Below, one piece after another: positions 35,074 through 43,745 of a DNA stretch of 64,000 bases (positions within the stretch are counted from its first letter, which is position 1; the number at the start of each line of letters is the position of its first letter). The notes under the pieces are model-generated. The model saw only the letters and a program-made list of their open reading frames with translations, had not been told where the DNA came from and ran no database searches. The stretch covers positions 1,248,001 through 1,312,000 of the forward strand of contig OZ244239.1 in NCBI GenBank assembly GCA_965217115.1, given 5' to 3'. This DNA is from Bdellovibrionales bacterium (GTDB taxonomy: Bacteria > Bdellovibrionota > Bdellovibrionia > Bdellovibrionales > CAYMLA01). The translations under genes were made by a program, and so were the position numbers.

Positions 35074-36243
35074 TTATAGGCTATTATCGAGGTCTATTAC
35101 AACTTGAATACTGTTGATTTTAGCTTTTCCAAAATCAGGACTGAATTCGATGGATGAAGCATAGTCTTCGATGGTGACAGTGTATATTGGGTCTCTTCCA
35201 GGGACGTAAATTGTTCCCTTATTTTCTTTATTGACGATCACTTCAAACTTTGCATCGTTTCGTACTCCTTCAGCAGCGATGATGAGTTTTTTGATATAAC
35301 GATCTCTATTTCGGAGGGAGACGAAATTTGGATTTCCTTTGGCGACGTAAATAGGACGACTAATTAGAGAGTAGCTACTCGTCCTGTCTTCGTCGAAATC
35401 ACCATTTCTCGGAGGTCTTATATCTCCACAAGAACGATTTGAACTGTGGGAGAGATTTTTAGCTGTGTGGTAGAATCGATTAACGGCGATAACTTCGTTC
35501 GGGTATCCGTAGCTATTTCCAGCTCTGTTGAAGGACTCAAGATCATCAGATAGGCCGTAGAGCCCTTCAATGCGACAAGCGTAGAGATGAGAGTAAATGG
35601 ATCCCTCAAGGTCTTGGGCAGTCCACTCACTCATGTACTGCAGTGATATTAAGAAAGTTCTGGCAGAGCCTTTGGGGTAAATCTGTCCGTTACTTGGGAT
35701 AGCTAGGTGACTAAGAACCATGCGAGTTTGTTCGAAAGCAAAACGAATAAAAGTTCTTTCCATCTTTTCATAGTCACTTTGGCAGTAGCCTCCGTATCTG
35801 TGGCAACGCCGTCCTCGATAAAATGGGCGATCTAATCTGTGGGCCACATTCTTTATAAAATCGTAGTATTTAAAAAGAAAGTAATTAAGAACTCTCAGTG
35901 AATTGGGTTCATGACTGATATGGGTTTCGATGGCATCAGTAATGATGATGCCTCTCTTGATGGACTTGATAGTCAGTGCACCTGAAAGAGAAGGGTCCTG
36001 ATTTTCAGAGGCACTCCTCAGTCCATCTTTTAGGATGGCAATACTGCTAACATGATCGTTAGCTGTGTAATGAACCCAGGCATTGTTCTTAGCTCTATCT
36101 AATAGGTAGAGTCTATTGTGAGACCATTGGGAGAAAGAACTTCTTTGCTGAGATTTAGGAGTTGGATCGGCGTGAGCTAGATGACTGAGTGTCATTAGCA
36201 TGCCAGCAATAAAAATCCCTCCGGATTTGATAAATTGTTTCAT
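35074..36243 (-). CDS. Secreted hypothetical protein: helical domain homologous to 38872-39768 plus a C-terminal beta-rich domain
   Basis: Signal peptide ending AHA; GGAGG RBS; shares YYDF..VA..LD, TA.DL and YP....AVN with 38872-39768. Confidence 0.75.
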   Translation of the reverse strand: MKQFIKSGGIFIAGMLMTLSHLAHADPTPKSQQRSSFSQWSHNRLYLLDRAKNNAWVHYTANDHVSSIAILKDGLRSASENQDPSLSGALTIKSIKRGIIITDAIETHISHEPNSLRVLNYFLFKYYDFIKNVAHRLDRPFYRGRRCHRYGGYCQSDYEKMERTFIRFAFEQTRMVLSHLAIPSNGQIYPKGSARTFLISLQYMSEWTAQDLEGSIYSHLYACRIEGLYGLSDDLESFNRAGNSYGYPNEVIAVNRFYHTAKNLSHSSNRSCGDIRPPRNGDFDEDRTSSYSLISRPIYVAKGNPNFVSLRNRDRYIKKLIIAAEGVRNDAKFEVIVNKENKGTIYVPGRDPIYTVTIEDYASSIEFSPDFGKAKINSIQVVIDLDNSL

Positions 36244-36288
36244 GTGAAAACCTCCAAATAAAAGATTAAAGTTAGTAATACAGAGCCT

Positions 36289-36370
36289 TTTATAATCTAA
36301 AGGAATATATTTTCACAAGGTTTGAAGGTATTTAGAGGTGACTGTAGTCAGCAGGTGAGTTTTTTACAAT
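36289..36370 (-). promoter_or_regulatory. Promoter with upstream palindromic site (copy A)
   Basis: Minus strand: ATTGTAAAAAACTCACCTGC-TGACTACAGTCA-N20-TTGTGA-N18-TATAAA. Confidence 0.6.
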
Positions 36371-36482
36371 CCATGGGGTTTCTGGCAAATGACGACTTTC
36401 TCCATTACTCGACAGGGTATTCGTCTCATCTCTTTAGATTAAAATCAAATAATGAGGAATACGGGGGGTTGTCGGTGATTAT

Positions 36483-37568
36483 TTAATTTGTATTAAGAAT
36501 AAGGACATTAAAGGTTTCTTTGTTCTTAGGAGGAGATTTCCTCAGCACAGAATAAGGGAATTTTTGTTCGATCCAGATATGAAGATATGAATTCCTTTTA
36601 TTTCTTATCTGGTTATAAGTTTGAAAGTCTAAATAAAGAGGAGTGTAAGGAGGGAGATTTTCGTAGGTTTCTTGTAACTGGGGGGGCGACAGCTCTGAGA
36701 GAGAGGCTTTTTGGCTTGTGTGGAGGAGTTGATATTTATTTTTATTCCCATCAATCCAGAAGAGTTTTTTGTTGAGAACGCGAGCTATTTCAAAATGAAT
36801 AAAACTCTCTTTAAAAGAGTGGCATTGCTTCTTATCGAGATTGATAGAAAGAGCGCCCTTTAAAACAGAGTCAATCATTTCTGCCCCTGTAGATGTTCTT
36901 GCCCCTTGAGAGAGAGTCCAAAGGAGGTCGTCTTGGCCACAATTTTTTAGGAGATAGTAGAAATAAAGAAAGTGATGCCCATAGAGTTTTTTGTTTTCTA
37001 GGGAGATATCGTATTGTTCGATTAATGAAGTAGATATATTGTTAAAACTTGCGTGGATGTTATGACTGTTAAGGGTTTTAGTGGCGAGATGTTCAAAGAC
37101 TTGAGCCAAGCCTTCTTTGACCCATGTCTCTTCTCCAGGGTTAAGAATATGGTGTATGGCGTGGAAGTACTCATGGGCTAGAAGTAATTTGAAACTGGAT
37201 TTAAGAAATATTTTAGAATCAATCTCAATTCTCATTCCTTCAGAGTTGGCAATAAAGAGACCGTGTCTCTGGTTTGTTTTTTTAAGAATAATTTTAAGAG
37301 AGTGCTGTTGAATTCTTTTTAGTATTTTCTGAGGGATAAGCGGGTGAACTTGCGTATGTAGAAAGTCCATAGTCGATTGCGCGTGTTGTTTAAGCAGCTC
37401 ATGGGCTTGGAGAGAAACCTTATCTGTCTCTAAGTTTTCTATTTCAATACGAATATGGGGAGATGAGTAGAGGCTAGCGCCCTGGGCGAGGGAGATAAAA
37501 ATGATATTAACTCCCGTCAGAAAAAAAAACGAGAAGGTAGATAAGAGTGTAAAAGATCTTTTTATCAA
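36483..37568 (-). CDS. Secreted gluzincin-type zinc metallopeptidase-like protein
   Basis: Signal peptide; LAHEYFHAIH followed by WVKEGLA; AGGAG RBS before TTG. Confidence 0.75.
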   Translation of the reverse strand: MIKRSFTLLSTFSFFFLTGVNIIFISLAQGASLYSSPHIRIEIENLETDKVSLQAHELLKQHAQSTMDFLHTQVHPLIPQKILKRIQQHSLKIILKKTNQRHGLFIANSEGMRIEIDSKIFLKSSFKLLLAHEYFHAIHHILNPGEETWVKEGLAQVFEHLATKTLNSHNIHASFNNISTSLIEQYDISLENKKLYGHHFLYFYYLLKNCGQDDLLWTLSQGARTSTGAEMIDSVLKGALSINLDKKQCHSFKESFIHFEIARVLNKKLFWIDGNKNKYQLLHTSQKASLSELSPPQLQETYENLPPYTPLYLDFQTYNQIRNKRNSYLHIWIEQKFPYSVLRKSPPKNKETFNVLILNTN

Positions 37569-37807
37569 TTGATAACTCCTAAAAAAAAGTACTCACGCCA
37601 CGATGGATGATTAATTTTGGTGATGACTATGAGTTCGCAATAAGTATATCAGAATTCTTGTGCACATGTTGTTCTCAAGGGAGATTTTATAAAAAATACA
37701 GGGTTGGTTTAGGGGAAAATTGCTCTGAACTTCTCACAAATGGGATGTCAGATGGCCATTAACCATTAGATCAGTCACAGACTTCCCCTGATTTCTTTTT
37801 AAGGGAA

Positions 37808-37889
37808 ATTGTAAAAACTACAGGTGCTGACTGCAAGTCACCTGAAAAGGTTTCAAAAATTTGCAATTAATCATTACGTAGTTCATAAA
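37808..37889 (+). promoter_or_regulatory. Promoter with upstream palindromic site (copy B)
   Basis: ATTGTAAAAACTACAGGTGC-TGACTGCAAGTCA-N20-TTGCAA-N17-CATAAA. Confidence 0.6.
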
Positions 37890-37924
37890 GGGTCATCAGT
37901 TACAAAAAACTAAAGAGGAATGCT

Positions 37925-38875
37925 TTGGAAATATTGATGGATAATGAAAAACAGGAAAATGAGTTGAGTCATAAGGAAGGCCAAAAGAAGCCTTCTGTTT
38001 ATGAATATATAAGTTTCCGCCGTTTTTTAAAAGAGAGTTATGAGCATCTAGCTTCTAAGAACTCTTCTTTTAGTGAATCGGCTTTTATGAGAAAAGTGGG
38101 ATATAGTACCAGTAGTCGTGGTTATTTTAGCCTTATTCTTAAGGGAAAGAGAAACTTAAGTCACTCTTCTGTTTTGAAGTTTTCTAAGACATTGAAGCTC
38201 TCTAAAAGAGAGACAGATTACTTTGAGAGTCTTGTTTTCTTTAATCAAGCTCAGAATGAAGAGGATAAGAGTTATTATATGGATAAGATGTCTCAGTTCA
38301 TAAAGGGTAAAGAGACTGAAGGGTATGAGCTTTTAAAGAGCCAGCACAACTACTTGTCAAAATGGTATCTCGTAGCAATTAGAGAGATTGTTGTGCTCGA
38401 CGATTTTGTGAATGATGAAGAGTGGATTGCTAAGAGGCTGCGCAATAAAGTGAGTAAGAGAGAAGTTCGAGAGGCGATCAATGACCTTCTTCGTTTGAAG
38501 CTTTTGAAGTTCGACGAGGCGAGAAACCTTTGTCAATTAGACCCGGTGGTGAATTTTTTGGACAATGAGTTGAATCATACAGTCGTCAGTGGAATACATA
38601 AACAGTACTTAAATAGAACCGAAGAGTTGTTAAGTGAAGACAGTTACAATCACCGTAGCGCCAGTTCTGTGACAATTTCTTGTTATGGCGAAGATTTTTT
38701 AAAGATAAGAGAAGAAATTATCAAATTTAGAGAACATATTATTAATAAATACGGAACTCGAGATCAAAGTATGGATACCGTTTTACACATGGGAATACAG
38801 TTGATTCATTTAACTGAGCCTGACTGTGTTAATGGGAGTGGCGTTGATGAGAGTCATAAGGAGAAAATAGGATGA
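37925..38875 (+). CDS. TIGR02147 / DUF4423 family protein (putative DNA-binding regulator)
   Basis: YEY.SFRRFLK...FS..F...G..S.GYFSLILKGKRNLS..YFESLVFFNQA and WYLVAIRE, recognised as characteristic of this family. Confidence 0.85.
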   Translation: MEILMDNEKQENELSHKEGQKKPSVYEYISFRRFLKESYEHLASKNSSFSESAFMRKVGYSTSSRGYFSLILKGKRNLSHSSVLKFSKTLKLSKRETDYFESLVFFNQAQNEEDKSYYMDKMSQFIKGKETEGYELLKSQHNYLSKWYLVAIREIVVLDDFVNDEEWIAKRLRNKVSKREVREAINDLLRLKLLKFDEARNLCQLDPVVNFLDNELNHTVVSGIHKQYLNRTEELLSEDSYNHRSASSVTISCYGEDFLKIREEIIKFREHIINKYGTRDQSMDTVLHMGIQLIHLTEPDCVNGSGVDESHKEKIG

Positions 38876-39768
38876 AGTGGGTTTGCGAAAAAAAGAATTG
38901 TTTAATGTTCGTGTTTAGGAATTTGTCCAAAGTACTCTTGGTCTTTCTTTTGTGTTCCAGTTCAGCGGTGGGGCTTGAAACACCTTTTCTTTCTTCTGGA
39001 ACAAACATTGGTGGAGGTAATGAGTCCATTGATTTTGTAGCAACTTGGTGTCAGGAGGCCGTATCGACATTAAAGGAACATAAAGAGAGTGCTAAAATAC
39101 AGGTTCATCAGGGGAACTATCACACGGCTTCTTTGACTTTGGTCAGTGGTTTAGTTCGGGCTTTGGAGCAGAGCCAATCAGAGAATAATTACCTATTTAC
39201 TTATAAGGCCCTCTTAAGGGGTTTGAGTTTGGCAGAATTCCTTGATGTGGGAAGGGTTGATAAAAGTAGTTTTGAAAAAGAAGCGACTTATAATCTACTC
39301 AGAAGTTATTACGATTTTGTTATTGAGACTGTCGCTAGGGATTTAGATTTTGATGTGTACATTCCTTATCTTAGATGTGTTGATTGTGAATTGCATGATG
39401 CAGATCATTTTGAGCGTCGTTTTGTGAATTATGTTGTGAAGCAGTTGAGTTATATCCAAAGGACTTTAGTCAATGTGATCCATAGGGAAGGATATATAGA
39501 AATAACCCCTATAGGACCTGAGAGTTACTATTTAAAATCGATGGAGTTCTTTGCTCAGTACACGGCGGAGGATTTAAAGAACAGTCTTTGGAAGCAGCGT
39601 TTTAGTTGTGTGATTAGTGAGCTTAAGTCTTTAAATGGTAAACTTCAGCACTACAATCAGGGCAATACATCACTGTATCCAGACTCTCGTATTGCAGTCA
39701 ATATGGTGGGGAATCAGGTTTATAGAATTATTTCTCGTCTAAGGACAGAGGCAAATTGTTATTATTAA
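38872..39768 (+). CDS. Secreted hypothetical protein, paralogue of the N-terminal domain of 35074-36243
   Basis: ATGA overlap with the TIGR02147 stop; hydrophobic signal; GTNIGGG; shared motifs with 35074-36243. Confidence 0.75.
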   Translation: MKWVCEKKNCLMFVFRNLSKVLLVFLLCSSSAVGLETPFLSSGTNIGGGNESIDFVATWCQEAVSTLKEHKESAKIQVHQGNYHTASLTLVSGLVRALEQSQSENNYLFTYKALLRGLSLAEFLDVGRVDKSSFEKEATYNLLRSYYDFVIETVARDLDFDVYIPYLRCVDCELHDADHFERRFVNYVVKQLSYIQRTLVNVIHREGYIEITPIGPESYYLKSMEFFAQYTAEDLKNSLWKQRFSCVISELKSLNGKLQHYNQGNTSLYPDSRIAVNMVGNQVYRIISRLRTEANCYY

Positions 39769-39802
39769 GTTTAGAATTTATATATCTTAGGAGGATATCG
39801 CA

Positions 39803-40669
39803 ATGAAACATTTAATTTGGACAATGGTTTTTTATGTAGGTTTGATAATGCAGGGGCAGTTGGTCATGGCGTTTTCTTTACAAGAAGGCACTTATAAGGG
39901 GTCACATTACGACTCTTTAAAAAAAGGGAAGGCGGCTGTTTACTTAATGTTAAAGCCAGTCTCAGGAAGGGAAGGGAGCTTTCTTGCTGTTCTAATGAAG
40001 AGTAAGAAAAGAAAGAAGCAAGTGTCTTTTTATGTGATGGACTTGGCGTCAAAATTTTCTTACTCTCTAACCCCCCTTGATGTGACCACTGATGGACAAA
40101 TAGGTATTATCAATGATGACCCCAGTCTTGTTTTGTCGATGAGTACAGGAGAGAAGAATAAGTACTCCATTAAGATAACATCGAGCAATAGTGGCAATAC
40201 TAAGGGTTTTTCAGGGTATATGGTGTTTGAGGAAAGATCAGATAATTACCAGTGGATTGCTAATGGAGCTGGTAATTACAACTATGCAGGTCGAAAAAAC
40301 GCATTACAAATTTCTAGCTGGGATATTCTGGAAGGAGAGGCAGATGCCATTTTCACAACAGCTTCATTGAACGGGTCCTTTAAGATCAGTGAAAGTTTTC
40401 CTCAAATGTATTTAATCAATGCCAACAAGGTTTTAGCTACTGGCAGTAAAGTGGATTCTATCCCACGTAAAATAGGTTTCTTTATTAAAGAGAAAGGAGA
40501 ATGGTCGGGTAAAAAAGAGTGTTTTGTTCTGGTCAACCCAGAGAATGATAGAGATGTTATGACTTTTACGACGGGAAGTAGTGGGTCGAGTTCTTGGTTT
40601 AGTGGAGATTCAGGAACCTTTGATGATGATGATAATGATGGCGGGATGAGAGGTTCCGGACGAAAATGA
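39803..40669 (+). CDS. Secreted beta-rich hypothetical protein with an acidic Gly/Ser tail
   Basis: AGGAGG RBS; signal peptide ending VMA; tail GSSGSSSWFSGDSGTFDDDDNDGG. Confidence 0.75.
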   Translation: MKHLIWTMVFYVGLIMQGQLVMAFSLQEGTYKGSHYDSLKKGKAAVYLMLKPVSGREGSFLAVLMKSKKRKKQVSFYVMDLASKFSYSLTPLDVTTDGQIGIINDDPSLVLSMSTGEKNKYSIKITSSNSGNTKGFSGYMVFEERSDNYQWIANGAGNYNYAGRKNALQISSWDILEGEADAIFTTASLNGSFKISESFPQMYLINANKVLATGSKVDSIPRKIGFFIKEKGEWSGKKECFVLVNPENDRDVMTFTTGSSGSSSWFSGDSGTFDDDDNDGGMRGSGRK

Positions 40670-40742
40670 TCACAATTGGAACTAAATGAATTAAGAGGCT
40701 CCATTGAAGTTAAACAGAGAAGACATTAAAGAGGAAGATATT

Positions 40743-42398
40743 ATGAAAATCTTAAGCAAAGTGAAGAGAGTTTTAAAAAAGGGAAGTGTGTTGACTTTGT
40801 CCATGTCTTTGTTTTTAGGGTTGAGTTTCTCCCAAGCGGAGATTGCCGGCAATTTAGGCGGCAATTTAGGTCTTAATCTAGGTATTAATATTGAAGCCGT
40901 GCTCAATGAAGGGACTCAAGTTGAGTTATCTCAAGAGCAGATATCAGAGATACTCCCCTGGGCTAAGAACTCGAAGATTTTCCTAGAGAATCTTCTTGAG
41001 GATGTGGCAGGTTTGCGTAAGGCAGAGCAATTACAGCAGTTGAAGGGAGGTATTCGAGATGTGGTTTTAAAAAGTGCCCCTAAGAACACTGAACTTTTAA
41101 TGCGTTATGTGTTGAACCGTTCAATGAAGCTTGTTGATGTGATCTCCACTGAATCAGTTTCTGGTGATCGGGGAATTATGAGCAATCAACTTCGCCTACT
41201 TAAAAGAAGTGTTGAGATGGCTTTGGGTTATTATAAGAGTGATCTGTCCTACTTAAATGGTGAGGATGACAGTGAAGACCGTGTTTCTTTTGGGGTCTTT
41301 GGATTGGAGTATTCTGTGTTTTTAGCAGATTTAGGAAAATCGATCTTAGATGCATCGGCTCAATATAAAGTTATAAGAACGGGTTTAGGTTTTCTGCAAT
41401 GGGATCTTTATAGGGATCAGAACAATAAGTTATTTGCTCCATCGATTATGTCGTTAAATAACGTCCTAAAGGCGAATCCTGAAGACGTAGAAGCCAGTGA
41501 TCAGAATTACCTAGAGAGAATTCGTCAGTTAAAGAGGGTTTACAAAAAACAAAAAAACAGTATCGTGCAAAAGTTAAGAATAGCAGGCGTGCAAGTGAGA
41601 AAAGAGAGAAGGAAAGAGCGGGGAGTTTCTTCAAGTGTGCTCCAAGCTCTTTTTGTAAAGGTAGAGCCGGGTAGGTTTCAGATGGGAAGTTCCACTCGTG
41701 AAAAAGGTCGTTATGATGATGAGACCCAGCATGAAGTGACTTTAACGAAAGGTTTTGAGATGCAAGCGACAGAGGTCACTCAGGAGCAATGGTTTGAAGT
41801 CATGGGCGATAGCCCCTCCGACTTTAATAAAAAAACATACTGTGAAGATTCTTTTAAGGATGTGGATGGGACTCCACTATGCCCTCAACATCCTGTGGAG
41901 AACATTTCTTGGAAAGATGTTCAGGATTTTATACGTGAGTTAAATATATTAAGTTCTACTCATACTTATAGATTACCGACTGAGGCCGAATGGGAGTATG
42001 CGGCCCGTGCAGGGACGAAAACCCCTTTTAATTTAGGGGGAGATATCTCTCCAGAGAGAGTGAACTATAATGGTGATGAGCCTTATAGAGGTGTTAAAGG
42101 TCTTAATAGAAAACAGACAGTCGCGGTGGCTAGTCTTGATAATGCGAATAGATGGGGTCTTTATGATATGCACGGTAACGTGTGGGAATGGGTGAAGGAC
42201 CGATACACTAAGTACCCCGATAGGCCTATGATAAATCCAAATCTCTTGAATCGCCCACGCTCACAAGTTGTTTTGCGTGGTGGTGACTGGGCATCCAAAG
42301 CTAGGCACATGCGGTCGGCGATGCGTCTTAACAGCGATTATTCTTGGAGCGACGAAGACGGCAGTGCGGGCTTCCGTCTTGTGAGGACTGCCAAATAG
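40743..42398 (+). CDS. Secreted protein: conserved helical N-domain plus non-catalytic FGE/SUMF1 (CLec-fold) domain; DGR-target-like
   Basis: FQMGS, TEVTQ, HPVENISW, RLPTEAEWEYAARAG, GLYDMHGNVWEW, RGG.W, GFRLV; no FGE catalytic Cys pair; start at ATG 40743 after GAGGA. Confidence 0.88.
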   Translation: MKILSKVKRVLKKGSVLTLSMSLFLGLSFSQAEIAGNLGGNLGLNLGINIEAVLNEGTQVELSQEQISEILPWAKNSKIFLENLLEDVAGLRKAEQLQQLKGGIRDVVLKSAPKNTELLMRYVLNRSMKLVDVISTESVSGDRGIMSNQLRLLKRSVEMALGYYKSDLSYLNGEDDSEDRVSFGVFGLEYSVFLADLGKSILDASAQYKVIRTGLGFLQWDLYRDQNNKLFAPSIMSLNNVLKANPEDVEASDQNYLERIRQLKRVYKKQKNSIVQKLRIAGVQVRKERRKERGVSSSVLQALFVKVEPGRFQMGSSTREKGRYDDETQHEVTLTKGFEMQATEVTQEQWFEVMGDSPSDFNKKTYCEDSFKDVDGTPLCPQHPVENISWKDVQDFIRELNILSSTHTYRLPTEAEWEYAARAGTKTPFNLGGDISPERVNYNGDEPYRGVKGLNRKQTVAVASLDNANRWGLYDMHGNVWEWVKDRYTKYPDRPMINPNLLNRPRSQVVLRGGDWASKARHMRSAMRLNSDYSWSDEDGSAGFRLVRTAK

Positions 42399-42457
42399 TC
42401 ATGAATTAAGAGGCTCTATTTAAATTAAACAGAGAAGATATTAAAGAGGAATATATT

Positions 42458-43639
42458 ATGAAAATCTTAAGCAAAGTGAAGAGAGTTTTAGAAAAGGCAA
42501 GTGTATTGACTTTGTCCATGTCTTTGTTTTTGGGATTGAGTTTCTCCCAAGCGGAGATTGGTGGCAATTTAGGTAGTAATTTAGGTCTTAATCTAGGTAT
42601 TAAGATTGAAGCCGTGCTCAATGAAGGAACTCAAGTTGAGTTATCTCAAGAGCAGATATCAGAGATGCTTCCCTGGGCTAAGAACTCGAAGATTTTCCTA
42701 GAGGATCTTCTTGAGGATGTGGCAGGTTTGCGTAAGGCAGAGCAATTACAGCAGTTGAAGGCAGTTATTCGAGATGTGGTTTTACAAAGTGCTCCTAAGA
42801 AGACTGAACTTTTAATGCGTTATGTGTTGAACCGCTCAATGATGCTTGTTGATGTGATCTCCAATGAATCGGTTTCTGGTGATCGAGGAATTATGAACAA
42901 TCAACTTCGGCTGCTTAAAAGAAGTGTTGAGATGGCTTTGGGTTATTATAAGAGTGACCTGTCCTACTTAAATGGTGAGGATGACAGTGCAGATCGTGTT
43001 TCTTTTGCGGTCTTTGGCTTGGAGTATTCTGTGTTTTTAGCAGATTTAGGAAACTCGATCTTAGATGCATCGGCTCAATATAAAGTTATAAGAATGAGAT
43101 TAGGTTTTTTACAGAATAGTCTTTATAGGGATCAGAACAATAAGGTATTTGCTCCATCAATTATATCGTTAAATAACGCCTTAAAGGCGAATCCTGAAGA
43201 AGTAGAAGCCAGTGACCAGAATTACCTAGAGAGAATTCGTCAGTTAAAGAGGATTTATGAGAAACAGAAAGCTCATATTGTACAAGAGTTAAAAGAGATG
43301 AAGTATGATATCAGTAATTTTGAGTCACAGGAAGTCGAAAGAGAAAACTATAGGAATAGGAGAGAAATTGACAGGAAGAAGATGAAAAAAAAGATGAGAA
43401 AAAAATACTACAGTTGTAGAAACGTAGAGAGAGGGAGTCGTTTCGATTTTGCCCGTTATGATAAACGCGATAACGCTCAAAAATGTATAAAAAAATATGC
43501 AAAATTTATCTCTACTGGAGATTGTCGCTACAGCCTTGGATTTACCCGGCCATTTCTCAATTATTCAATCTACTCATTTATCCCCGCAAAAGTTTTTGTG
43601 AAGGATGTTATGGACACTTGTCGTAGATACGTAAAATGA
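42458..43639 (+). CDS. Secreted paralogue: same N-domain with an unrelated basic, four-Cys C-terminal domain
   Basis: First ~270 aa nearly identical to neighbours, then diverges after RQLKR. Confidence 0.85.
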   Translation: MKILSKVKRVLEKASVLTLSMSLFLGLSFSQAEIGGNLGSNLGLNLGIKIEAVLNEGTQVELSQEQISEMLPWAKNSKIFLEDLLEDVAGLRKAEQLQQLKAVIRDVVLQSAPKKTELLMRYVLNRSMMLVDVISNESVSGDRGIMNNQLRLLKRSVEMALGYYKSDLSYLNGEDDSADRVSFAVFGLEYSVFLADLGNSILDASAQYKVIRMRLGFLQNSLYRDQNNKVFAPSIISLNNALKANPEEVEASDQNYLERIRQLKRIYEKQKAHIVQELKEMKYDISNFESQEVERENYRNRREIDRKKMKKKMRKKYYSCRNVERGSRFDFARYDKRDNAQKCIKKYAKFISTGDCRYSLGFTRPFLNYSIYSFIPAKVFVKDVMDTCRRYVK

Positions 43640-43745
43640 TAATAAAATAGTTTTAGTCGTCCGAAAAGGATTATAATTGGAACGAAATGAATTAATAGAG
43701 GCTCCATTTAAATTAAACAGAGAAGATATTAAAGAGGAATATATT

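Noticed and set aside
36236..36251. parS-like sequence TGTTTCATGTGAAAAC
   Set aside because: Three mismatches including the outer arm, and it overlaps a start codon; likely chance
36321..37857. Shared upstream motif as a riboswitch
   Set aside because: It lies upstream of the predicted -35 elements, so probably untranscribed, and I could not match it to c-di-GMP, ZTP, fluoride or SAM consensus features
40621..40640. GAT trinucleotide run
   Set aside because: Encodes the poly-Asp tail of 39803-40669; short and in frame
43640..43670. FliA-like -10 (TCCGAAAA) upstream of the third paralogue
   Set aside because: No TAAAG-like -35 at the correct spacing
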